A stretch of 64,000 nucleotides of DNA from an uncultured Azospirillum sp. Lineage in GTDB: Bacteria; Pseudomonadota; Alphaproteobacteria; RF32; CAG-239. The notes beneath the pieces are model-generated. The model had not been told where the DNA came from, did not search any database, and saw only the letters and a program-made list of their open reading frames with translations. The translations under genes were made by a program, and so were the position numbers. The stretch spans positions 75,679-139,678 of the forward strand of contig UQAB01000001.1 of NCBI GenBank assembly GCA_900538765.1, read 5' to 3'. Below, in pieces: positions 39,650-48,165 of this stretch (positions are counted from its first letter, which is position 1; every line of letters starts with the position of its first letter).

Positions 39650-40140
39650 AAAAAACTTGGAGTTTGAGGTCAATAGTAAGAAACTAGAGAAAATGTGAGG
39701 GAGTGTACATAGAAGTACATAACCGAACATTTTACTCGCAGTTTCTGTACTAGTGACCCAAAATACGAGTTTTTCAAAATTCACTTTTAGGAGAGCAGAT
39801 AGAGTAGTTTCCAGGTGCGAGAAAAATTCTAGTGTACAGAGAAGTACATGAATTTTTTGAGACACCCTCTCCTAAAAATGTTTTCAAAAAAACTTGGAGT
39901 TTGAGGTTAATAGTAAGAAAACAGAGAAAATGCGAGGGAGTGTACATAGAAGTACATGACCGAACATTTTACTCGCAGTTTCTGTACTAGTAACCCAAAA
40001 TACGAGTTTTTTAAAATTCACTTTTAGGAGAGCAGATAGAATAGTTTCCAGGTGCAAGAAAAATTCTAGTGTACAGAGAAGTACATGAATTTTTTGAGAC
40101 ACCGTAAAACTGCTCTAGATGCCTCATAAAAGTGAATTTT
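39650..40140. repeat. two tandem ~245-bp composite repeat units (family-A element plus a second hairpin element) filling the rpsO-pnp intergenic region
   Basis: Units at ~39652-39893 and ~39892-40140. Each has AAACTTGGAGTTTGAGGT(C/T)AATAGTAAGAAA...GGGAGTGTACATAGAAGTACAT(A/G)ACCGAA...CCCAAAATACGAGTTTTT. Then TTTTAGGAGAG...TAGTGTACAGAGAAGTACATGA...CTCTCCTAAAA. ORFs 39527..39865 and 39884..40102 are artefacts of the repeat. Confidence 0.7.
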
Positions 40141-40141
40141 T

Positions 40142-40414
40142 TTACTTACGGAGATCCAGCTTCTTAATAATTTCCTGATATCTGTCGTTGTTCTTGGCTT
40201 TCAAATAGTCAAGAAGATGGCGACGACGGCTGACCATTTTCATTAAGCCCAAACGGGAGTGCAAGTCTTTGTTATGAACATTGAAATGGCCGATAAGCTT
40301 ATTGATTCTGGCTGTCCAAATAGCAATCTGAACTTCCGGAGAACCTGTATCATTCGGATTCAAACCATAAGTATTTACAATTTCTTTTTTTTCTTCATTC
40401 GTAATAGACGACAT
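40142..40414 (-). CDS. rpsO: 30S ribosomal protein S15
   Basis: [31 protein letters not shown]... 90 aa. Confidence 0.9.
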   Translation of the reverse strand: MSSITNEEKKEIVNTYGLNPNDTGSPEVQIAIWTARINKLIGHFNVHNKDLHSRLGLMKMVSRRRHLLDYLKAKNNDRYQEIIKKLDLRK

Positions 40415-40429
40415 CTGTATTTCCTTATT

Positions 40430-41341
40430 TTAGAGATTAAACACACGAACCGGAGCAATTTTCCGTTCTTCGATTCGCACAATCGCCGCCAGTTTACCGT
40501 TATATGTTGCCACAGCGTCTTCTCCAATGTGCTTAGAAACATCATAAGCGCGCGGAGACAGCCCCTGCCCCATTTTCAGTTTGGCGGCATCTGCTTCCGA
40601 AACAGCAATAACCGTGATGTCGCACAGAAATGTTTCTAACGGAAGCAAAAACTTATTAAGGTCTTCACCGTACACCATATTTTCTAAATTTTCCAGTAAA
40701 ATTTTCTGACTCAGATCAAAATTTCCGCATTTTGTCCGCCGCAGCTCCTGCAAATATCCTAAAGTTCCGAGTTTTAAAGCAATATCTTTGCCCAAAGTAC
40801 GGATATATGTCCCTTTGGAACAGCGGACTTTAAACCGCGCCTGCTGATTCGGCAACTCTTCAAGCAATTCCAGAGCATAGATTTCCACCTCGCGTTTGGG
40901 AATATCGACACAGATTCCCTTTCGTGCCAAATCATAAGCCCGCCGCCCGTTAATTTTAATCGCGGAATAAACCGGCGGCACCTGAACAATTTTCCCTAAA
41001 AAAGCCGGAATAACCGCTTCAATCTCCGAACGCTCGGGAATTTTCTCACATTGGGCAATCACCTCTCCCTCGGAATCATCCGTATCGGTAGAAACACCCC
41101 AACGAATAATAAATTCATACTCCTTGACGCCATCTGTCACAAAAGGCAAAAGCTTTGTCGCCTCGCCGAATGCAACCGGCAAAACCCCTGTTGCAAAAGG
41201 ATCCAGCGTCCCGGCATGGCCGTTTTTCCTGGCCCGGAACAAGCGTTTCGTCCGGCGCACCACATCTGTCGACCCCATTCCCCGGGATTTGTCAACCACC
41301 AGCCAACCGTTAATCTCTTCACCTTTGTTATGTTTCATCAA
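40430..41341 (-). CDS. truB: tRNA pseudouridine(55) synthase TruB
   Basis: GWLVVDKSRGMGSTDVVRRTKRLF...GHAGTLDPFATGVL is the catalytic Asp motif. PUA C-terminus. Confidence 0.9.
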   Translation of the reverse strand: MMKHNKGEEINGWLVVDKSRGMGSTDVVRRTKRLFRARKNGHAGTLDPFATGVLPVAFGEATKLLPFVTDGVKEYEFIIRWGVSTDTDDSEGEVIAQCEKIPERSEIEAVIPAFLGKIVQVPPVYSAIKINGRRAYDLARKGICVDIPKREVEIYALELLEELPNQQARFKVRCSKGTYIRTLGKDIALKLGTLGYLQELRRTKCGNFDLSQKILLENLENMVYGEDLNKFLLPLETFLCDITVIAVSEADAAKLKMGQGLSPRAYDVSKHIGEDAVATYNGKLAAIVRIEERKIAPVRVFNL

Positions 41342-41402
41342 CCTTCCCCGTTCATAATTTTACATCTTTTTAACCGATAAGCGCCCGTCTGTCAATGGAT
41401 AC

Positions 41403-41433
41403 AAAAAAACCTGAATCCGTTAAGGGATTCAGG
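41403..41433 (-). terminator. terminator of the 41440..42195 gene
   Basis: CCTGAATCCgttaagGGATTCAGG followed by T7, read on the minus strand. Confidence 0.5.
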
Positions 41434-41439
41434 CCATAA

Positions 41440-42195
41440 TTAATACAGCAACGACTTTGAATAATAAAAAACAAATCTTTCGCGCACAACAACCCAAAAG
41501 TCATAGCACAAATCCGCCACACTCCTGGGAGCGCAAAACCTGTCCGCCGCCAAACGGTTTCCAAAACAGCTGTTTCGTATTTTGAAAAAACGTTCCGAAC
41601 GCCGAACCAAACTGGGATAACGCAAATCCACCCGCATAAAAATACATTTATACATCAAATATCTGAGAACAAACACCTCCGTTTTGTTTTCGACCAGCAG
41701 CAAATCGCTTTTGATTGGAAACAGCAAAGAAGCGTCAAACATACCCTGTTCCCAAACATCATAGGCATTTTCTCCTGTCCTCTTGGCAATAATCTGTTTG
41801 GAATTTTTAGCATTGCAAAACACGCTTTCATAAATTACCTGACAAAAACACCCGCTCCCGTCAAAAAAAGACGTGATATTTGCACCATAAAAATAACAGC
41901 CAAAACTTTGCCCCAAACAAATAACTTTTCCTTGCTGCAGCGTATACCAAACATTCTCTTTCTCAAAGAATATCATTTCCCGATAAAAATAAGCATTGGC
42001 AACCTCATCTGCAACAAGCATCATCGCCGCCGCATTGACAATCAACAGCGTTTCGGCATCATCAGAAATCAATATCAACAACTCTCCCTGCCGCTCGGCA
42101 CGCCCGTTTTGACAATCAATGACAACATTGCCGTCTGATTTTTTTACAATTTGTAATCTCGCATTGCCGTTTTTAAAAACTTTTTTATTTCTCAT
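41440..42195 (-). CDS. hypothetical protein (~250 aa) with family-type AU-rich leader
   Basis: Start chosen at MRNKKVFKNGN... by analogy to the leader pattern TTTAATTATTATTGTTATATTTTTATG. The ORF-track start at 42234 lies inside the AT-rich leader. No domain recognised. Confidence 0.4.
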   Translation of the reverse strand: MRNKKVFKNGNARLQIVKKSDGNVVIDCQNGRAERQGELLILISDDAETLLIVNAAAMMLVADEVANAYFYREMIFFEKENVWYTLQQGKVICLGQSFGCYFYGANITSFFDGSGCFCQVIYESVFCNAKNSKQIIAKRTGENAYDVWEQGMFDASLLFPIKSDLLLVENKTEVFVLRYLMYKCIFMRVDLRYPSLVRRSERFFKIRNSCFGNRLAADRFCAPRSVADLCYDFWVVVRERFVFYYSKSLLY

Positions 42196-42300
42196 AAAAA
42201 TATAACAATAATAATTAAACATATAAATAAACAAACTTCGGCAACATAATCCCGCTTTAAATGAAAATCAACTTTTTTTTACATTTTTTTCTTTTTCTCC
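42196..42300 (-). promoter_or_regulatory. promoter plus AU-rich leader (family-like)
   Basis: TTGATT-17nt-TATGTT then an AT-rich leader. Confidence 0.35.
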
Positions 42301-42333
42301 TAACCGCTGCTTTCATGCAACGTCTTTTGCAAT

Positions 42334-42354
42334 AAAAAAACCGCCCGAAGGCGG
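42334..42354 (-). terminator. rbfA terminator
   Basis: CCGCCttcgGGCGG followed by T7, read on the minus strand. Confidence 0.5.
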
Positions 42355-42361
42355 CAGTCTA

Positions 42362-42745
42362 TTAATCCTTATTATCTAAATCCTGTCTGACTTTGGGATT
42401 TCTCAGCAATTTCTCAATCTTGTCAACTTCTTCAAATGTTTTATCAATACGGAAATTTAGCTCCGGTACATATCTCAAATCGGTTTTGGAAATAATCACC
42501 TTGCGCAAATAATTGGCAGCCAACTGTAAACCGCCGATAACTTCCTGCTCCTTGCTTTTGTCAGAAGTAATGACATAAACTGTTGCATATTTCAAATCAG
42601 GAGAAACGCGCGCTTCCATAATCGTCACCAGCGTATTAACCCCTTGCAAATTACGAATTTCATCCCGTTCAACCTGATTGGCAATAATCTTCTTAATTTC
42701 CTGTCCAACTCTCAGCTGACGTTGCGACGGCTCTTTCTCTGCCAT
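42362..42745 (-). CDS. rbfA: ribosome-binding factor A
   Basis: RQLRVGQEIKKIIANQVER... KH-like fold. 127 aa. Confidence 0.85.
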   Translation of the reverse strand: MAEKEPSQRQLRVGQEIKKIIANQVERDEIRNLQGVNTLVTIMEARVSPDLKYATVYVITSDKSKEQEVIGGLQLAANYLRKVIISKTDLRYVPELNFRIDKTFEEVDKIEKLLRNPKVRQDLDNKD

Positions 42746-42851
42746 AAAACTTCTCCTTAATCACGTTAACACGGCTATATATAAAGCTAAAAACAATGAT
42801 AATCAAGAAAAAACAAAAGGACAGGATAAAATCCCGCCCTTTTTAACCAAC

Positions 42852-43481
42852 TCAGAACAAGCCCGGCGCACTGTAAACTTCCAAACTTCCGTTTTTCCAC
42901 GCCAATCTTGCCTTTTGACATCTTTTCCCGGCAAAGACAGTGTCTTGAACAAATTCGGTTTTTATTTTCCCCGAACACAGACCTGTTTCCTCCCAGGAAT
43001 AAGCAACACCCCTTCCGGCTCGCACGCCTCTTCCCGGAACACAATGCAAACCATAAGTATTATCATGCGGTTCCAGGTAAGTCAGAACAATTCCGTCTTT
43101 CTGTTGCAAAGCAAAAACCCAGAAATCAGGACAGTCAATAATTCTGCTACCCAAACTTTTTACTTCTCCGGGCTTCTGTTCGTCAGGTTCAATGGTAAAA
43201 AACGTTTTTCCTTCTGAAAACAAAGGCTTTTGCCCCACAAAACCATAAAAACAAAATATGCCCTCAGACGGCCGATAAGAAGAAAGTTCATTTTTATCGC
43301 TGCTGAGCCAAAACAAACCGCCTTCTTCAAAATACAACAGATTTCCCCGCGTTTCAAAACGCTTGTCCGTTGAAATGACAACATCATACAATCCGCTTGC
43401 GGAGTTAAACTTTCTTAGCCACACTTTTTTACCATACCGGCACAAATCATAAGTTTTAATTTCTCTGACATCCATAATCAT
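42852..43481 (-). CDS. family protein (WxSS-motif, DUF1566/Lcl-C-terminal-like?)
   Basis: GGLFWLSSDKNELSSY and a later YSWEETG. The AU-rich leader TTTATTATTAAATTTTTATGATTATG is retained 25 nt after the upstream paralog. Confidence 0.4.
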   Translation of the reverse strand: MIMDVREIKTYDLCRYGKKVWLRKFNSASGLYDVVISTDKRFETRGNLLYFEEGGLFWLSSDKNELSSYRPSEGIFCFYGFVGQKPLFSEGKTFFTIEPDEQKPGEVKSLGSRIIDCPDFWVFALQQKDGIVLTYLEPHDNTYGLHCVPGRGVRAGRGVAYSWEETGLCSGKIKTEFVQDTVFAGKRCQKARLAWKNGSLEVYSAPGLF

Positions 43482-43506
43482 AAAAATTTAATAATAAAGA
43501 AGTATT

Positions 43507-44031
43507 TCAAAAGTTCGTTAATATCGGACGGATAAAGGCTTCATCCGCGGAAAAGGCATCATCTTCTTTAGCCAAATTCCAATAATATAAAAACGCCCCC
43601 AATCCCTTTCGGGAAGTCCAATAGTATCTAAGAACTTTCAGCGGCTGCCCGCCGATTTCCCTCATTGCGGCATTAATACCCCCAAAATGCGCATTAATGC
43701 ACTTCCAAATATCCTTGTCTGCCAAAATATCGTTTCGACCACAAAACGAATGCTGATTACAATATCCTTTAACACAATTCCGATTAACTTTGCATTCAGA
43801 ATCCGCCAATGCAATTATATAACAGCAAAAGGCGATTCCGACTGGTGTTCGGCCGGACATATCTTCTTTGTAAGGACTAATCAAACCATCAGAATAAACA
43901 ACACGGAAAGCATATTTTTCTTTTCTTCGGACATAACGCCAAAAACGGGAAAAAATCCCATGTTGATAAAAAACTGTAAAAACATTGTCATCATCACGAC
44001 ATAAACAAGGAGAGTCTTTTTCTGTTTTCAT
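43507..44031 (-). CDS. family protein (WxSS-motif, DUF1566/Lcl-C-terminal-like?)
   Basis: ...RYYWTSRKGLGAFLYYWNLAKEDDAFSADEAFIRPIL. Cassette upstream: TTGACTTTTGTCTAGCC...ATTATTAACTTAATAAAAAAATATAATTATG. Confidence 0.45.
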   Translation of the reverse strand: MKTEKDSPCLCRDDDNVFTVFYQHGIFSRFWRYVRRKEKYAFRVVYSDGLISPYKEDMSGRTPVGIAFCCYIIALADSECKVNRNCVKGYCNQHSFCGRNDILADKDIWKCINAHFGGINAAMREIGGQPLKVLRYYWTSRKGLGAFLYYWNLAKEDDAFSADEAFIRPILTNF

Positions 44032-44110
44032 AATTATATTTTTTTATTAAGTTAATAATATTTTTTCAACCCAAACCCTACCACAGGCTAGACAAAAGTC
44101 AACAAAAAAA
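44032..44110 (-). promoter_or_regulatory. family-type promoter plus AU-rich leader
   Basis: Conserved TTTTTTTGTTGACTTTTGTCTA. Confidence 0.45.
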
Positions 44111-44140
44111 GCTCCGAGTTTTAGCTCGGAGCTTTTGTTA

Positions 44141-44269
44141 TTAATCAGAAACTTCCGTCTTTTTCTTTTTTGCTTCTTCCTCAGCACAAAACTGCACCAA
44201 ATCATCAACTAAAAATCCAGCTGTTTCTAAACTGTCTTTAATACTTTGCAAAAATTCCTCTCTTTTCAT
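44141..44269 (-). pseudogene. 42-codon truncated paralog of the 51085..51696 gene (N-terminal domain only)
   Basis: Manual translation gives MKREEFLQSIKDSLETAGFLVDDLVQFCAEEEAKKKKTEVSD*. The paralog begins MEKEKFLQSIKETLEAAGFLVDDLVQYCAEKE... The upstream cassette is retained but the -35 reads TTGGCT instead of TTGACT. Too short for the ORF track. Confidence 0.5.
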
Positions 44270-44345
44270 AATTATATATTTTAAAAATTAATAATACTTT
44301 TTCTCTCTCATTACTGCAATCTAAACAAAAGCCAACAAGAAAGGT
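44270..44345 (-). promoter_or_regulatory. degenerate family-type promoter plus leader
   Basis: CTTGTTGGCTTTTGTTTAGA...AGTATTATTAATTTTTAAAATATATAATTATG. Confidence 0.4.
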
Positions 44346-44375
44346 TTCAAATTAAAATTCGAAACCTTTAAAATT

Positions 44376-44819
44376 TCATGAAAGACTGTTCATGCGCCGC
44401 ACCGGTCGGATAAAATTCGTTTCCCGGTTCAGGTGGCCGTTTTCGGCAGAATCCGGATAAACAAAAACCAACTCGTCAGGATTGTTCATCCATACTGTAT
44501 CCGTCCACACCGCACCGCGTCCGATACGGTCACCGCCAAGACTGACAATAAATTGGCAAAGCTCCTCAAACACCGGATGAATTGAAAGCCAAAACTCTTT
44601 AATTCCCAAATGACAGGGCTTGCCGTCAATCTTAACCGTCTTTACAATCTCCTTAGCTTCCGCAGGGGTATGCCACTTGCGGTCTTCTTTCAAAGAAATG
44701 GCATAACCGTTATAAATCACGGCTTCAACCTTTTTGTCCGGCAGCAAATCATGAGAAATTTCACCGCCAAGATACAAAATTGCAAACTTCTCGTTCTTTT
44801 GAAATTCTTTCTTTTCCAT
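44376..44819 (-). CDS. family protein (DUF1566/Lcl-C-terminal-like?)
   Basis: ...VKIDGKPCHLGIKEFW...SLGGDRIGRGAVWTDTVWMNNPDELVFVYPDSAENGHLNRETNFIRPVRRM aligns with the C-terminus of the 51085..51696 protein. Cassette upstream with TTGACT-16-TATAGT. Confidence 0.45.
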   Translation of the reverse strand: MEKKEFQKNEKFAILYLGGEISHDLLPDKKVEAVIYNGYAISLKEDRKWHTPAEAKEIVKTVKIDGKPCHLGIKEFWLSIHPVFEELCQFIVSLGGDRIGRGAVWTDTVWMNNPDELVFVYPDSAENGHLNRETNFIRPVRRMNSLS

Positions 44820-44900
44820 AATAATTGTGTATTTAGTAGTTATAAAAATATTTTAACATCGCTACTATACTACATTTTAGACAAAAGTCAACAAAATATA
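44820..44900 (-). promoter_or_regulatory. family-type promoter plus AU-rich leader
   Basis: TTTGTTGACTTTTGTCTAAAATGTAGTATAGT...AAATACACAATTATTATG. Confidence 0.45.
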
Positions 44901-44958
44901 AAATAAAAAAAGCGGCGTGCTTTTAACACCCCGCTCAAAACCATTTTGATAAATCAAA

Positions 44959-45444
44959 TTAGTTGTTTTCAAACGCTTTCGCCTGTTTTTTGGCATCATC
45001 GTCTGTTCTGGCAACGTTAACCAAAATTGTCTGGGTAACTTCCGGATGAAGATTCAATTTAACTTCATACACGCCCAAATCTTTAATCGGTCTTTCCAGA
45101 AAAACGCAGCGGCGTTCAATATCAAAACCGGACTCTTTAATTGCAGCGGCAATATCGCGAATGGTAACAGAACCATACAACTGACCTGTTTCGGCAGCCT
45201 GACGGATAAGAATTGCGCTGTAACCTTTCAGAGCTTCAGCCTTCTTACCGGCTTCTTCAAGCAAAGCCTTGTTGTGAGCTTCTAACTCTGCTTTTTTGTT
45301 TTCGTAAAAAGCAACATTGGCTTCAGTAGCGCGAAGAGCCTTTTTGCTCGGCAAAAGATAGTTGCGGGCATAACCGTTCTTGACATTAACTTTGTCACCC
45401 ATTTTACCTAATTTATCAACATGTTCCAGAAGAATAATTTCCAT
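44959..45444 (-). CDS. rplI: 50S ribosomal protein L9
   Basis: MEIILLEHVDKLGKMGDKVNVKNGYARNYL. 161 aa. Confidence 0.9.
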   Translation of the reverse strand: MEIILLEHVDKLGKMGDKVNVKNGYARNYLLPSKKALRATEANVAFYENKKAELEAHNKALLEEAGKKAEALKGYSAILIRQAAETGQLYGSVTIRDIAAAIKESGFDIERRCVFLERPIKDLGVYEVKLNLHPEVTQTILVNVARTDDDAKKQAKAFENN

Positions 45445-45459
45445 AGTTTCTCTCCTTCC

Positions 45460-45687
45460 TTAATCAGCCACGAACGGCAGCAAGCCGATGTAGCGGGCAC
45501 GTTTAATAGCGCGGGCCAGTTCTCTCTGCTTTTTAACAGAAACAGCTGTGATGCGGCTCGGAATGATTTTTCCTTTTTCAGAAATGTATCTTGAAAGGAG
45601 TTTAACGTCTTTGTAGTCAATTTTCAAAGCGTCTTCGCCGGAAAACGGACAAGCTTTTTTTCTTCTAAAGAATACTTGTTTAGCCAT
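45460..45687 (-). CDS. rpsR: 30S ribosomal protein S18
   Basis: [26 protein letters not shown]. 75 aa. Confidence 0.9.
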   Translation of the reverse strand: MAKQVFFRRKKACPFSGEDALKIDYKDVKLLSRYISEKGKIIPSRITAVSVKKQRELARAIKRARYIGLLPFVAD

Positions 45688-45698
45688 TATACAATCTC

Positions 45699-46028
45699 CT
45701 ATTCTTCGCTGGCGTCTTTTTCGCTTGATGAAACTTCGCTGAATTCATCAACTTTAACTGTCATGTAACGAATGATGTCTTCGTTAAAGCGCATAACGCG
45801 TTCAAATTCCGCAATAGCGTTAGCCGGAGCGGTAATGTTCATCAGAACATAATGGCCTTTACGGTTTTTCTTAATGCGATAAGCCAGGTTTTTCAAACCC
45901 CAGTTATCAACTCTGACGACTTCGCCACCTTCTTTCTTAACGACATTGCTCAAATCTTCAACAATGCTGTTAACCTGAGAAGCGCCCAAGTCCTGACGTG
46001 CAATCAGCACGCTTTCATAATTAGTCAT
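45699..46028 (-). CDS. rpsF: 30S ribosomal protein S6
   Basis: [14 protein letters not shown]...[10 protein letters not shown]. Confidence 0.9.
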   Translation of the reverse strand: MTNYESVLIARQDLGASQVNSIVEDLSNVVKKEGGEVVRVDNWGLKNLAYRIKKNRKGHYVLMNITAPANAIAEFERVMRFNEDIIRYMTVKVDEFSEVSSSEKDASEE

Positions 46029-46281
46029 TTATAAATTCTCCTTATGGATTCTCAACAAATGCCGCCTGCAATCGATATAAGGAATCGAAACAGCCGGCGT
46101 GTTCTTTTGTATAGCCCGAACATTTCGAGCAAGGAACGGCTGCAATATACACCAAACTCGTTAATTTGCAAGCATTTTTTCATTTTACGGCAAATTTAGC
46201 CAAAATCAGCCGCCATATTTATATTATATTAAGGTTTTGCCTTTATATTTAAACAAAATAAACTTAACACCTGGGGCGCAA

Positions 46282-46623
46282 ATGCTGAATTTTAAACCAA
46301 TATTGATATTCTGTCTGGTTCTGGCGGTCGGTTCCTGCGGCTGGTTTCACCACAGCGGCAAAACCATACACCACATCCCGGCACCGGCAGGATATGCCAA
46401 CGAAATACAAAAAATAAGCCTGCTTGACCCCTATACCCGCAATATTGTCCATTGTTACGATTCATCTTCCGGCGGCTCGGAAAACTGCGCCAGAAAATAC
46501 AAACGAAAAAACTTTGTCCGTTTCCGCGACATCCCGTATAAAACGGCAAACTACGATTTTCTGACCAGAGAAACTTATCCGACCCGCCGCTGGAGAGAAC
46601 ACGAACGCACGCCCCGGTGGTAA
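46282..46623 (+). CDS. small putative lipoprotein
   Basis: MLNFKPILIFCLVLAVGSCG is lipobox-like. The ORF-track start at 46237 is TTG. Weak SD. Confidence 0.35.
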   Translation: MLNFKPILIFCLVLAVGSCGWFHHSGKTIHHIPAPAGYANEIQKISLLDPYTRNIVHCYDSSSGGSENCARKYKRKNFVRFRDIPYKTANYDFLTRETYPTRRWREHERTPRW

Positions 46624-46629
46624 TCTGCA

Positions 46630-48153
46630 ATGCTGGCCAGAATCAATACTGTTACCTTTAACGGCTTAGAAGTTTTAAACGTCGACCTGCAGGTTCAGAT
46701 TTCATCTGGAATGCCTGCATTTTCCATCGTCGGCCTCCCGGATAAATCCATTGCCGAAAGCCGCGAGCGTGTCCGCGCCGCATTGAACTCTCTTGGGCTG
46801 TCTGTCCCTGCCAAACGCATCACCATCAACCTTGCACCGGCAGATTTACTGAAAGAAGGCGCTCACTTTGACCTTCCCGTCGCCTTAGGCCTGCTTGCCG
46901 GCATGGGAATTATCCCGCAGGAAGAAATCAGCCGTTATGTCGTCCTCGGCGAGCTCAGCCTTGACGGCGCCATTCTCCCTGTCAACGGTGCACTTCCCGT
47001 TGCAATCAAAGCCAACGCGCAAAACCTCGGCCTTATCTGCCCGGAGGCTCAAGGCGCTGAAGCAGCTTGGTCCGGGCTGAAAGACATCATCGCCGCATCT
47101 TCTCTGCTGGCATTGATAAACCACTTCAAAGGCGCGCAAATCATTCCTGCCCCAAAAACCTTGAAAAAAGCGCCAGCCGCCAAACATTTGGACATGAAAG
47201 ACGTCAAAGGGCAGGAAAGCGCCAAAAAAGCTCTTGAAATCGCTGCAGCCGGCGGACACAATATGTTAATGATTGGTCCGCCGGGAGCCGGAAAAAGCAT
47301 GCTCGCATCACGCCTGCCGGGAATTCTCCCGCCGTTGACGCCCGAAGAAGCCCTTGCCACCAGTATGATTCATTCCATAGCCGGTGCCCTGAAAGACGGA
47401 CAACTCTGTTTTGAGCGACCGTTCCGCGCCCCGCACCATAATGCCTCAACCCCGGCCTTGGTCGGCGGCGGCAGACGCGCTGAACCGGGAGAAATTTCCC
47501 TCGCCCATAACGGCGTATTATTCTTGGACGAGCTTCCCGAATTCAACCGTGCAACCCTGGAAGCGCTGCGCCAACCGCTCGAAAACGGCAGCATCACCAT
47601 TTCCCGGGTAAACGCTCATACAACCTATCCGGCAAAGTTCCAGCTCATCGCGGCAATGAACCCCTGCCGCTGTGGCAATCTAGGAAATCCGAGGTTTGAA
47701 TGCTCCCGAGCACCGAAATGTGCCGAAGAATATCAGGCAAAAATTTCCGGACCGCTCCTCGACCGTATAGATATACAAATTGAAGTTCCCGCCGTCAGTC
47801 CTTGGGAAATAGCCGACGTCAAAACCGGCGAAAGCTCAGCCGAAATCTTGCAAAGAGTTATCCATGCCCGCAACATCCAAACCGAAAGATTCCGACGTTT
47901 CGGCCATCCCGAACTGCACACCAATTCCGAACTCAGAGGCGACCTCCTGGAACAGGCCGTACAGCTGGATAATGACGCGGAACAGCTTCTCATCGCCTTT
48001 GCCGACAAAAACAACCTTTCAGCCCGCGCTTATCATCGTATTTTGCGGTTAGCAAGAACAATTGCAGACTTGCAAAATAACGAAAAAGTGCTTAAACTGC
48101 ACGTAGCTGAGGCTTTGTCCTATCGCAGGGCATTACCAAACCGGAGAAAATAA
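46630..48153 (+). CDS. YifB/ComM-family Mg-chelatase-like AAA+ ATPase
   Basis: Lon-like N-domain, Walker A GPPGAGKSMLA, and a ChlI-type core with the Cys cluster CRCGNLGNPRFECSRAPKC. Confidence 0.85.
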   Translation: MLARINTVTFNGLEVLNVDLQVQISSGMPAFSIVGLPDKSIAESRERVRAALNSLGLSVPAKRITINLAPADLLKEGAHFDLPVALGLLAGMGIIPQEEISRYVVLGELSLDGAILPVNGALPVAIKANAQNLGLICPEAQGAEAAWSGLKDIIAASSLLALINHFKGAQIIPAPKTLKKAPAAKHLDMKDVKGQESAKKALEIAAAGGHNMLMIGPPGAGKSMLASRLPGILPPLTPEEALATSMIHSIAGALKDGQLCFERPFRAPHHNASTPALVGGGRRAEPGEISLAHNGVLFLDELPEFNRATLEALRQPLENGSITISRVNAHTTYPAKFQLIAAMNPCRCGNLGNPRFECSRAPKCAEEYQAKISGPLLDRIDIQIEVPAVSPWEIADVKTGESSAEILQRVIHARNIQTERFRRFGHPELHTNSELRGDLLEQAVQLDNDAEQLLIAFADKNNLSARAYHRILRLARTIADLQNNEKVLKLHVAEALSYRRALPNRRK

Positions 48154-48165
48154 TGGAGAAAATAC

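Noticed and set aside
39527-40102. ORFs 39527..39865 (112 aa) and 39884..40102 (72 aa), near-identical MSQKIHVLLCTLEFF... peptides
   Set aside because: They lie entirely within the tandem repeat units. They are duplicated only because the DNA repeat is duplicated. There is no SD or promoter, so they are repeat artefacts.
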